DNA from: the human T2T-CHM13v2.0 reference genome, Homo sapiens
Assembly: GCF_009914755.1 (NCBI RefSeq)
Contig: NC_060925.1
Direction: 5' to 3' (one strand)
Length of the DNA stretch: 64,000 nucleotides
In this document: piece after piece, positions 41,801 to 54,700 of the stretch
Numbering within the stretch: position 1 is the first letter of the stretch
Layout: each line of letters opens with the position of its first letter
Made by a program: the position numbers and the translations under genes
The notes under the pieces: generated by a model
Database searches by the model: none
The model's input: the letters and a program-made list of their open reading frames with translations, nothing else
What the model was told of the DNA's origin: nothing

Positions 41801-44800
41801 AACACATCACAACGCAGTTTGTGGGAATGATTCTGTCTAGTTTTGAAACGAAGATATTTCCTTTTCTGCCGTTGACCTTAAAGAGCTTGAAAACTACACT
41901 TGCAAATTGCACAAATAGAGTGTTTCAAATCTGCTCTGTCTAAGGGAACGTTCAACTCTGTGAGTTGAATGCACACAACACAAGGAAGTTACTGGGAATT
42001 CTTCTGTCTAGCCTTACATGAAAAAAACCCGTTTCCAACGAAGGCCTCTAAGTGGTCAAAATTTCCACGTGCAGACTTTACAAACAGAGTGTTTCCAAAC
42101 CGCTGAATGAAAAGAAAAGTTAAACTCTGAGAGTTGAACGCACACATCACGCAGCAGTTTCTGAGAATGATTCTGTCTAGTTTTTATACGAAGGTATTTC
42201 CTTTTCTGCCTTTGGCCCCAAAGCGCTTGAAATCTCCACTTGCAAATTCCACAAAAACAGTGTTTCAAATCTGCTCTCTCTAAATGAAAGTTCAACTCTG
42301 TCAGTTGAATACACACAACACAAGGAAGTTACTGAGAATTCTTCTGTCTAGCATAATATGAAGAAATCCCGTTTCCAACGAAGGCCTCAAAGGGGTCTGA
42401 ATATCCACTTGCAGACTTTATAAACAGAGTGTTTACTAACTGCTCTATGAAAAGAAAGGTTAAACTCTGTGAGTTGAACACACACATCACAAACGAGTTT
42501 CTGAGAATCATTCTGTCTAGTTTTTCTACGAAGATATTTCCTTTTCTACTATTGACCTCAAAGCGGCTGAAATCTCCACTTGCAAATTCTACAAATAGAG
42601 TGTTTCAAGTCTGCTCTGTGTAAAGGATCGTTCAACTCTGTGAGTTGAATACACACAACACAAGGAAGTTACTGAGAATTCTTCTGTCTAGCAGAATAGG
42701 AAGAAATCCCGTTTCCAACGAAGGCCTCAAAGAGGTCTGAATATCCACTTGCAGACTTTACAAACAGAGTGTTTCCTAACTGCTCTATGAAAAGAAAGGT
42801 TAAACTCTGTGAGTTGAACGCACACATCACAAAGGAGTTTCTGAGAATCGTTCTGTCTAGTTTCTATAGGAAGATATTTCCTATTCTACCATTGACCTCA
42901 AAGCGGCTGAAATCTCCACTTGCAAATTCCACAAAAAGAATGTTTCAAGTCTGCTCTGTGTAAAGGATCGTTCAACTCTGTGAGTTGAATACACACAACA
43001 CAAGGAAGTTACTGAGAATTCTTCTGTCTAGCATAATATGAAGAAATCCCGTTTCCAACGAAGGCCTCAAAGAGGTCTGAATATCCACTTGCAGACTTTA
43101 CAAACAGAGTGTTTCCTAACTGCTCTATGAAAAGAAAAGTTACACTCTGTGAGTTGAACGCACACATCACAAAGGAGTTTCTGAGAATCATTCTGTCTAG
43201 TCTTTATACGAAGATATTTCCTTTTCTACCATTGACCTCAAAGCGGCTGAAATCTCCACTTGCAAATTCCACAAAAAGAGTGTTTCAAGTCTGCTCTGTG
43301 TAAAGGATCGTTCAACTCTGTGAGTTGAATACACACAACACAAGGAAGTTACTGAGAATTCTTCTGTCTAGCAGAATATGAAGAAATCCCGTTTCCAACG
43401 AAGGCCTCAAGGAGGTCTGAATATCCACTTGCAGACTTTACAAACAGAGTGTTTCCTAACTGCTCTATGAACAGAAAGGTTAAACTCTGTGAGTTGAACG
43501 AACACATCACAACGCAGTTTGTGAGAATGATTCTGTCTAGTTTTGAAACGAAGATATTTCCTTTTCTGCCGTTGACCTTAAAGCGCTTGAAATCTACACT
43601 TGCAAATTGCACAAATAGAGTGTTTCAAATCTGCTCTGTCTAAGGGAACGTTCAACTCTGTGAGTTGAATGCACACAACACAAGGAAGTTACTGGGAATT
43701 CTTCTGTCTAGCCTTACATGAAAAAAACCCGTTTCCAACGAAGGCCTCTAAGTGGTCAAAATATCCACGTGCAGACTTTACAAACAGAGTGTTTCCAAAC
43801 CGCTGAATGAAAAGAAAAGTTAAACTCTGAGAGTTGAACGCACACATCACGCAGCAGTTTCTGAGAATGATTCTGTCTAGTTTTTATACGAAGATATTTC
43901 CTTTTCTGCCTTTGGCCCCAAAGCGCTTGAAATCTCCACTTGCAAATTCCACAAAAACAGTGTTTCAAATCTGCTCTCTCTAAATGAAAGTTCAACTCTG
44001 TCAGTTGAATACACACAACACAAGGAAGTTACTGAGAATTCTTCTGTCTAGCATAATATGAAGAAATCCCGTTTCCAACGAAGGCCTCAAAGGGGTCTGA
44101 ATATCCACTTGCAGACTTTATAAACAGAGTATTTACTAACTGCTCTATGAAAAGAAAGGTTAAACTCTGTGAGTTGAACACACACATCACAAAGGAGTTT
44201 CTGAGAATCATTCTGTCTAGTTTTTCTACGAAGATATTTCCTTTTCTACTATTGACCTCAAAGCGGCTGAAATCTCCACTTGCAAATTCCACAAAAAGAG
44301 TGTTTCAAGTCTGCTCTGTGTAAAGGATCATTCAACTCTGTGAGTTGAATACCCACAACACAAGGAAGTTACTGAGAATTCTTCTGTCTAGCAGAATAGG
44401 AAGAAATCCCGTTTCCAACGAAGGCCTCAAAGAGGTCTGAATATCCACTTGCAGACTTTACAAACAGAGTGTTTCCTAACGGCTCTATGAAAAGAAAAGT
44501 TAAACTCTGTGAGTTGAACGCACACATCACAAAGGAGTTTCTGAGAATCGTTCTGTCTAGTTTCTATAGGAAGATATTTCCTATTCTACCATTGACCTCA
44601 AAGCGGCTGAAATCTCCACTTGCAAATTCCACAAAAAGAATGTTTCAAGTCTGCTCTGTGTAAAGGATCGTTCAACTCTGTGAGTTGAATACACACAACA
44701 CAAGGAAGTTACTGAGAATTCTTCTGTCTAGCATAATATGAAGAAATCCCGTTTCCAAAGAAGGCCTCAAAGAGGTCTGAATATCCACTTGCAGACTTTA

Positions 44801-47800
44801 CAAACAGAGTGTTTCCTAACTGCTCTATGAAAAGAAAGGTTAAACTCTGTGAGTTGAACGCACACATCACAAAGGAGTTTATGAGAATCATTCTGTCTAG
44901 TCTTTATATGAAGATAGTTTCCTTTTCTACCATTGACCTCAAAGCGGCTGAAATCTCCACTTGCAAATTCCACAAAAAGAGTGTTTCAAGTCTGCTCTGT
45001 GTAAAGGATCGTTCAACTCTGTGAGTTGAATACACACAACACAAGGAAGTTACTTAGAATTCTTCTGTCTAGCAGAATATGAAGAAATCCCGTTTCCAAC
45101 GAAGGCCACAAGATGTCAGAATATCCACTTACAGACTTTACAAACAGAGTGTTTCCTAACTGCTCTATGAACAGAAAGGTTAAACTCTGTGAGTTGAACG
45201 AACACATCACAACGCAGTTTGTGGGAATGATTCTGTCTAGTTTTAAAACGAAGATATTTCCTTTTCTGCCATTGACCTTAAAGCGCTTGAAATCTACACT
45301 TGCAAATTGCACAAATAGAGTGTTTCAAATCTGCTCTGTCTAAGGGAACGTTCAACTCTGTGAGTTGAATGCACACAACACAAGGAAGTTACTGGGAATT
45401 CTTCTGTCTAGCCTTACATGAAAAAAACCCGTTTCTAACGAAGGCCTCTAAGTGGTCAAAATTTCCACGTGCAGACTTTACAAACAGAGTGTTTCCAAAC
45501 CGCTGAATGAAAAGAAAAGTTAAACTCTGAGAGTTGAACGCACACATCACGCAGCAGTTTCTGAGAATGATTCTGTCTAGTTTTTATACGAAGATATTTC
45601 CTTTTCTGCCTTTGGCCCCAAAGCGCTTGAAATCTCCACTTGCAAATTCCACAAAACACTGTTTCAAATCTGCTCTCTCTAAATGATAGTTCAACTCTGT
45701 CAGTTGAATACACACAACACAAGGAAGTTACTGAGAATTCTTCTGTCTAGCATAATATGAAGAAATCCCGTTTCCAACGAAGGCCTCAAAGGGGTCTGAA
45801 TATCCACTTGCAGACTTTATAAACAGAGTGTTTACTAACTGCTCTATGAAAAGAAAGGTTAAACTCTGTGAGTTGAACACACACATCACAAAGGAGTTTC
45901 TGAGAATCATTCTGTCTAGTTTTTCTACGAAGATATTTCCTTTTCTACTATTGACCTCAAAGCGGCTGAAATCTCCACTTGCAAATTCCACAAAAAGAGT
46001 GTTTCAAGTCTGCTCTGTGTAAAGGATCGTTCAACTCTGTGAGTTGAATACACACAACACAAGGAAGTTACTGAGAATTCTTCTGTCTAGCAGAATATGA
46101 AGAAATCCCGTTTCCAACGAAGGCCTCAAAGAGGTCTGAATATCCACTTGCAGACTTTACAAACAGAGTGTTTCCTAACTGCTCTATGAAAAGAAAGGTT
46201 AAACTCTGTGAGTTGAACGCACACATCACAAAGGAGTTTCTGAGAATCATTCTGTCTAGTTTCTATAGGAAGATATTTCCTATTCTACCATTGACCTCAA
46301 AGCGGCTGAAATCTCCAGTTGCAAATTCCACAAAAAGAGTGTTTCAAGTCTGCTCTGTGTAAAGGATCGTTCAACTCTGTGAGTTGAATACACACAACAC
46401 AAGGAAGTTACTGAGAATTATTCTGTCTAGCAGAATATGAAGAAATCCCGTTTCCAACGAAGGCCTCAAGGAGGTCTGAATATCCACTTGCAGACTTTAC
46501 AAACAGAGTGTTTCCTAACTGCTCTATGAACAGAAAGGTTAAACTCTGTGAGTTGAACGAACACATCACAACGCAGTTTGTGGGAATGATTCTGTCTAGT
46601 TTTGAAACGAAGATATTTCCTTTTCTGTCATTGACCTTAAAGCGCTTGAAATCTACACTTGCAAATTGCACAAATAGAGTGTTTCAAATCTGCTCTGTCT
46701 AAGGGAACGTTCAACTCCGTGAGTTGAATGCACACAACACAAGGAAGTTACTGGGAATTCTTCTGTCTAGCCTTACATGAAAAAAACCCGTTTCCAACGA
46801 AGGCCTCTAAGTGGTCAAAATTTCCACGTGCAGACTTTACAAACAGAGTGTTTCCAAACCGCTGAATGAAAAGAAAAGTTAAACTCTGAGAGTTGAACGC
46901 ACACATCACGCAGCAGTTTCTGAGAATGATTATGTCTAGTTTTTATACGAAGATATTTCCTTTTCTGCCTTTGGCCCCAAAGCGCTTGAAATCTCCACTT
47001 GCAAATTCCACAAAAACAGTGTTTCAAATCTGCTCTCTCTAAATGATAGTTCAACTCTGTCAGTTGAATACACACAACACAAGGAAGTTACTGAGAATTC
47101 TTCTGTCTAGCATAATATGAAGAAATCCCGTTTCCAACGAAGGCCTCAAAGGGGTCTGAATATCCACTTGCAGACTTTATAAACAGAGTGTTTACTAACT
47201 GCTCTATGAAAAGAAAGGTTAAACTCTGTGAGTTGAACGCACACATCACAAAGGAGTTTCTGAGAATCATTCTGTCTAGTTTCTATAGGAAGATATTTCC
47301 TATTCTACCATTGACCTCAAAGCGGCTGAAATCTCCACTTGCAAATTCCACAAAAAGAGTGTTTCAAGTCTGCTCTGTGTAAAGGATCGTTCAACTCTGT
47401 GAGTTGAATACACACAACACAAGGAAGTTACTGAGAATTATTCTGTCTAGCAGAATATGAAGAAATCCCGTTTCCAACGAAGGCCTCAAGGAGGTCTGAA
47501 TATCCACTTGAAGACTTTACAAACAGAGTGTTTCCTAACTGCTCTATGAACAGAAAGGTTAAACTCTGTGAGTTGAACGAACACATCACAACGCAGTTTG
47601 TGGGAATGATTCTGTCGAGTTTTGAAACGAAGATATTTCCTTTTCTGCCATTGACCTTAAAGAGCTTGAAAACTACACTTGCAAATTGCACAAATAGAGT
47701 GTTTCAAATCTGCTCTGTCTAAGGGAACGTTCAACTCTGTGAGTTGAATGCACACAACACAAGGAAGTTACTGGGAATTCTTCTGTCTAGCCTTACATGA

Positions 47801-48750
47801 AAAAAACCCGTTTCCAACGAAGGCCTCTAAGTGGTCAAAATTTCCACGTGCAGACTTTACAAACAGAGTGTTTCCAAACCGCTGAATGAAAAGAAAAGTT
47901 AAACTCTGAGAGTTGAACGCAGACATCACGCAGCAGTTTCTGAGAATGATTCTGTCTAGTTTTTATACGAAGATATTTCCTTTTCTGCCTTTGGCCCCAA
48001 AGCGCTTGAAATCTCCACTTGCAAATTCCACAAAAACAGTGTTTCAAATCTGCTCTCTCTAAATGAAAGTTCAACTCTGTCAGTTGAATACACACAACAC
48101 AAGGAAGTTACTGAGAATTCTTCTGTCTAACATAATATGAAGAAAACCCGTTTCCAACGAAGGCCTCAAAGGGGTCTGAATATCCACTTGCAGACTTTAT
48201 AAACAGCGTGTTTACTAACTGCTCTATGAAAAGAAAGGTTAAACTCTGTGAGTTGAACACACACATCAGAAAGGAGTTTCTGAGAATCATTCTGTCTAGT
48301 TTTTCTACGAAGATATTTCCTTTTCTACTATTGACCTCAAAGCGGCTGAAATCTCCACTTGCAAATTCCACAAAAAGAGTGTTTCAAGTCTGCTCTGTGT
48401 AAAGGATCGTTCAACTATGTGAGTTGAATACACACAACACAAGGAAGTTACTGAGAATTCTTCTGTCTAGCAGAATATGAAGAAATCCCGTTTCCAACGA
48501 AGGCCTCAAAGAGGTCTGAATATCCACTTGCAGACTTTACAAACAGAGTGTTTCGTAACTGCTCTATGAAAAGAAAGGTTAAACTCTGTGAGTTGAACGC
48601 ACACATCACAAAGGAGTTTCTGAGAATCGTTCTGTCTAATTTCTATAGGAAGATATTTCCTATTCTACCATTGACCTCAAAGCGGCTGAAATCTCCACTT
48701 GCAAATTCCACAAAAAGAATGTTTCAAGTCTGCTCTGTGTAAAGGATCGT

Positions 48751-51700
48751 TCAACTCTGTGAGTTGAATACACACAACACAAGGAAGTTACTGAGAATTC
48801 TTCTGTCTAGCAGAATATGAAGAAATCCCGTTTCCAACGAAGGCCACAAGATGTCAGAATATCCACTTACAGACTTTACAAACAGAGTGTTTCCTAACTG
48901 CTCTATGAACAGAAAGGTTAAACTCTGTGAGTTGAACGAACACATCACAACGCAGTTTGTGGGAATGATTCTGTCTAGTTTTGAAACGAAGATATTTCCT
49001 TTTTGCCGTTGACCTTAAAGAGCTTGAAAACTACACTTGCAAATTGCACAAATAGAGTGTTTCAAATCTGCTCTGTCTAAGGGAACGTTCAACTCTGTGA
49101 GTTGAATGCACACAACACAAGGAAGTTACTGGGAATTCTTCTGTCTAGCCTTACATGAAAAAAACCCGTTTCCAACGAAGGCCTCTAAGTGGTCAAAATT
49201 TCCACGTGCAGACTTTACAAACAGAGTGTTTCCAAACCGCTGAATGAAAAGAAAAGTTAAACTCTGAGAGTTGAACGCACACATCACGCAGCAGTTTCTG
49301 AGAATGATTCTGTCTAGTTTTTATACGAAGATATTTCCTTTTCTACTATTGACCTCAAAGCGGCTGAAATCTCCACTTGCAAATTCTACAAATAGAGTGT
49401 TTCAAGTCTGCTCTGTGTAAAGGATCGTTCAACTCTGTGAGTTGAATACACACAACACAAGGAAGTTACTGAGAATTCTTCTGTCTAGCAGAATATGAAG
49501 AAATCCCGTTTCCAACGAAGGCCTCAAAGAGGTCTGAATATCCACTTGCAGACTTTACAAACAGAGTGTTTCCTAACTGCTCTATGAAAAGAAAGGTTAA
49601 ACTCTGTGAGTTGAACGCACACATCACAAAGGAGTTTCTGAGAATCGTTCTGTCTAGTTTCTATAGGAAGATATTTCCTATTCTACCATTGACCTCAAAG
49701 CGGCTGAAATCTCCACTTGCAAATTCCACAAAAAGAATGTTTCAAGTCTGCTCTGTGTAAAGGATCGTTCAACTCTGTGAGTTGAATACACACAACACAA
49801 GGAAGTTACTGAGAATTCTTCTGTCTAGCATAATATGAAGAAATCCCGTTTCCAACGAAGGCCTCAAAGAGGTCTGAATATCCACTTGCAGACTTTACAA
49901 ACAGAGTGTTTCCTAACTGCTCTATGAAAAGAAAAGTTAAACTCTGTGAGTTGAACGCACACATCACAAAGGAGTTTCTGAGAATCATTCTGTCTAGTCT
50001 TTATACGAAGATATTTCCTTTTCTACCATTGACCTCAAAGCGGCTGAAATCTCCACTTGCAAATTCCACAAAAAGAGTGTTTCAAGTCTGCTCTGTGTAA
50101 AGGATTGTTCAACTCTGTGAGTTGAATACACACAACACAAGGAAGTTACTGAGAATTCTTCTGTCTAGCAGAATATGAAGAAATCCCGTTTCCAACGAAG
50201 GCCTCAAGGAGGTCTGAATATCCACTTGCAGACTTTACAAAGAGAGTGTTTCCTAACAGCTCTATGAACAGAAAGGTTAAACTCTGTGAGTTGAACGCAC
50301 ACATCACAAAGGAGTTTCTGAGAATCATTCTGTCTAGTCTTTATACGAAGATATTTACTTTTCTACCATTGACCTCAAAGCGGCTGAAATCTCCACTTGC
50401 AAATTCCACAAAAAGAGTGTTTCAAGTCTGCTCTGTGTAAAGGATCATTCAACTCTGTGAGTTGAATAAACACAACACAAGGAAGTTACTGAGAATTCTT
50501 CTGTCTAGCAGAATATGAAGAAATCCAGTTTCCAACGAAGGCCTCAACGAGGTCTGAATATCCACTTGCAGACTTTACAAACAGAGTGTTTCCTAACTGC
50601 TCTATGAAAAGAAAGGTTAAACTCTGTGAGTTGAACACACACATCACAAAGGAGTTTCTGAGAATCATTCTGTCTAGTTTCTCTACGAAGATATTTCCTT
50701 TTCTACTATTGACCTCAAAGCGGCTGAAATCTCCACTTGCAAATTCCACAAAAAGAGTGTTTCAAGTCTGCTCTGTGTAAAGGATCGTTCAACTCTGTGA
50801 GTTGAATACACACAACACAAGGAAGTTACTGAGAATTCTTCTGTCTAGCAGAATATGAAGAAATCCCGTTTCCAACGAAGGCCTCAAAGAGGTCTGAATA
50901 TCCACTTGCAGACTTTACAAACAGAGTGTTTCCTAACTGCTCTATGAAAAGAAAGGTTAAACTCTGTGAGTTGAACGCACACATCACAAAGGAGTTTCTG
51001 AGAATCGTTCTGTCTAGTTTCTATAGGAAGATATTTCCTATTCTACCATTGACCTCAAAGCGGCTGAAATCTCCACTTGCAAATTCCACAAAAAGAATGT
51101 TTCAAGTCTGCTCTGTGTAAAGGATCGTTCAACTCTGTGAGTTGAATACACACAACACAAGGAAGTTACTGAGAATTCTTCTGTCTAGCAGAATATGAAG
51201 AAATCCCGTTTCCAACGAAGGCCACAAGATGTCAGAATATCCACTTACAGACTTTACAAACAGAGTGTTTCCTAACTGCTCTATGAACAGAAAGGTTAAA
51301 CTCTGTGAGTTGAACGAACACATCACAACGCAGTTTGTGGGAATGATTCTGTCTAGTTTTGAAATGAAGATATTTCCTTTTCTGCCGTTGACCTTAAAGA
51401 GCTTGAAAACTACACTTGCAAATTGCACAAATAGAGTGTTTCAAATCTGCTCTGTCTAAGGGAACGTTCAACTCTGTGAGTTGAATGCACACAACACAAG
51501 GAAGTTACTGGGAATTCTTCTGTCTAGCCTTACATGAAAAAAACCCGTTTCCAACGAAGGCCTCTAAGTGGTCAAAATTTCCACGTGCAGACTTTACAAA
51601 CAGAGTGTTTCCAAACCGCTGAATGAAAAGAAAAGTTAAACTCTGAGAGTTGAACGCACACATCACGCAGCAGTTTCTGAGAATGATTCTGTCTAGTTTT

Positions 51701-54700
51701 TATACGAAGATATTTCCTTTTCTGCCTTTGGCCCCAAAGCGCTTGAAATCTCCACTTGCAAATTCCACAAAAACAGTGTTTCAAATCTGCTCTCTCTAAA
51801 TGAAAGTTCAACTCTGTCAGTTGAATACACACAACACAAGGAAGTTACTGAGAATTCTTCTGTCTAGCAGAATATGAAGAAATCCCGTTTCCAACGAAGG
51901 CCTCAAAGGGGTCTGAATATCCACTTGCAGACTTTATAAACAGAGTGTTTACTAACTGCTCCATGAAAAGAAAGGTTAAACTCTGTGAGTTGAACACACA
52001 CATCACAAAGGAGTTTCTGAGAATCATTCTGTCTAGTTTTTCTACGAAGATATTTCCTTTTCTACTATTGACCTCAAAGCGGCTGAAATCTCCACTTGCA
52101 AATTCTACAAATAGAGTGTTTCAAGTCTGCTCTGTGTAAAGGATCGTTCAACTCTGTGAGTTGAATACAAAAAACACAAGGAAGTTACTGAGAATTCTTC
52201 TGTCTAGCAGAATATGAAGAAATCCCGTTTCCAACGAAGGCCTCAAAGAGGTCTGAATATCCACTTGCAGACGTTACAAACAGAGTGTTTCCTAACTGCT
52301 CTATGAAAAGAAAGGTTAAACTCTGTGAGTTGAACGCACACATCACAAAGGAGTTTCTGAGAATCGTTCTGTCTAGTTTCTATAGGAAGATATTTCCTAT
52401 TCTACCATTGACCTCAAAGCGGCTGAAATCTCCACTTGCAAATTCCACAAAAAGAATGTTTCAAGTCTGCTCTGTGTAAAGGATCGTTCAACTCTGTGAG
52501 TTGAATACACACAACACAAGGAAGTTACTGAGAATTCTTCTGTCTAGCATAATATAAAGAAATCCCGTTTCCAACGAAGGCCTCAAAGAGGTCTGAATAT
52601 CCACTTGCAGACTTTACAAACAGAGTGTTTCCTAACTGCTCTATGAAAAGAAAAGTTAAACTCTGTGAGTTGAACGCACACATCACAAAGGAGTTTCTGA
52701 GAATCATTCTGTCTAGTCTTTATACGAAGATATTTCCTTTTCTACAATTGACCTCAAAGCGGCTGAAATCTCCACTTGCAAATTCCACAAAAAGAGTGTT
52801 TCAAGTCTGCTCTGTGTAAAGGATTGTTCAACTCTGTGAGTTGAATACACACAACACAAGGAAGTTACTGAGAATTCTTCTGTCTAGCAGAATATGAAGA
52901 AATCCAGTTTCCAACGAAGGCCTCAACGAGGTCTGAATATCCACTTGCAGACTTTACAAACAGAGCGTTTCCTAACTGCTCTATGAAAAGAAAGGTTAAA
53001 CTCTGTGAGTTGAACACACACATCACAAAGGAGTTTCTGAGAATCATTCTGTCTAGTTTCTCTACGAAGATATTTCCTTTTCTACTATTGACCTCAAAGC
53101 GGCTGAAATCTCCACTTGCAAATTCCACAAAAAGAGTGTTTCAAGTCTGCTCTGTGTAAAGGATCGTTCAACTCTGTGAGTTGAATACACACAACACAAG
53201 GAAGTTACTGAGAATTCTTCTGTCTAGCAGAATATGAAGAAATCCCGTTTCCAACGAAGGCCTCAAAGAGGTCTGAATATCCACTTGCAGACTTTACAAA
53301 CAGAGTGTTTCCTAACTGCTCTATGAAAAGAAAGGTTAAACTCTGTGAGTTGAACGCACACATCACAAAGGAGTTTCTGAGAATCGTTCTGTCTAGTTTC
53401 TATAGGAAGATATTTCCTATTCTACCATTGACCTCAAAGCGGCTGAAATCTCCACTTGCAAATTCCACAAAAAGAATGTTTCAAGTCTGCTCTGTGTAAA
53501 GGATCGTTCAACTCTGTGAGTTGAATACACACAACACAAGGAAGTTACTGAGAATTCTTCTGTCTAGCAGAATATGAAGAAATCCCGTTTCCAACGAAGG
53601 CCACAAGATGTCAGAATATCCACTTACAGACTTTACAAACAGAGTGTTTCCTAACTGCTCTATGAACAGAAAGGTTAAACTCTGTGAGTTGAACGAACAC
53701 ATCACAACGCAGTTTGTGGGAATGATTCTGTCTAGTTTTGAAATGAAGATATTTCCTTTTCTGCCGTTGACCTTAAAGAGCTTGAAAACTACACTTGCAA
53801 ATTGCACAAATAGAGTGTTTCAAATCTGCTCTGTCTAAGGGAACGTTCAACTCTGTGAGTTGAATGCACACAACACAAGGAAGTTACTGGGAATTCTTCT
53901 GTCTAGCCTTACATGAAAAAAACCCGTTTCCAACGAAGGCCTCTAAGTGGTCAAAATTTCCACGTGCAGACTTTACAAACAGAGTGTTTCCAAACCGCTG
54001 AATGAAAAGAAAAGTTAAACTCTGAGAGTTGAACGCACACATCACGCAGCAGTTTCTGAGAATGATTCTGTCTAGTTTTTATACGAAGATATTTCCTTTT
54101 CTGCCTTTGGCCCCAAAGCGCTTGAAATCTCCACTTGCAAATTCCACAAAAACAGTGTTTCAAATCTGCTCTCTCTAAATGAAAGTTCAACTCTGTCAGT
54201 TGAATACACACAACACAAGGAAGTTACTGAGAATTCTTCTGTCTAGCAGAATATGAAGAAATCCCGTTTCCAACGAAGGCCTCAAAGGGGTCTGAATATC
54301 CACTTGCAGACTTTATAAACAGAGTGTTTACTAACTGCTCCATGAAAAGAAAGGTTAAACTCTGTGAGTTGAACACACACATCACAAAGGAGTTTCTGAG
54401 AATCATTCTGTCTAGTTTTTCTACGAAGATATTTCCTTTTCTACTATTGACCTCAAAGCGGCTGAAATCTCCACTTGCAAATTCTACAAATAGAGTGTTT
54501 CAAGTCTGCTCTGTGTAAAGGATCGTTCAACTCTGTGAGTTGAATACAAAAAACACAAGGAAGTTACTGAGAATTCTTCTGTCTAGCAGAATATGAAGAA
54601 ATCCCGTTTCCAACGAAGGCCTCAAAGAGGTCTGAATATCCACTTGCAGACGTTACAAACAGAGTGTTTCCTAACTGCTCTATGAAAAGAATGGTTAAAC

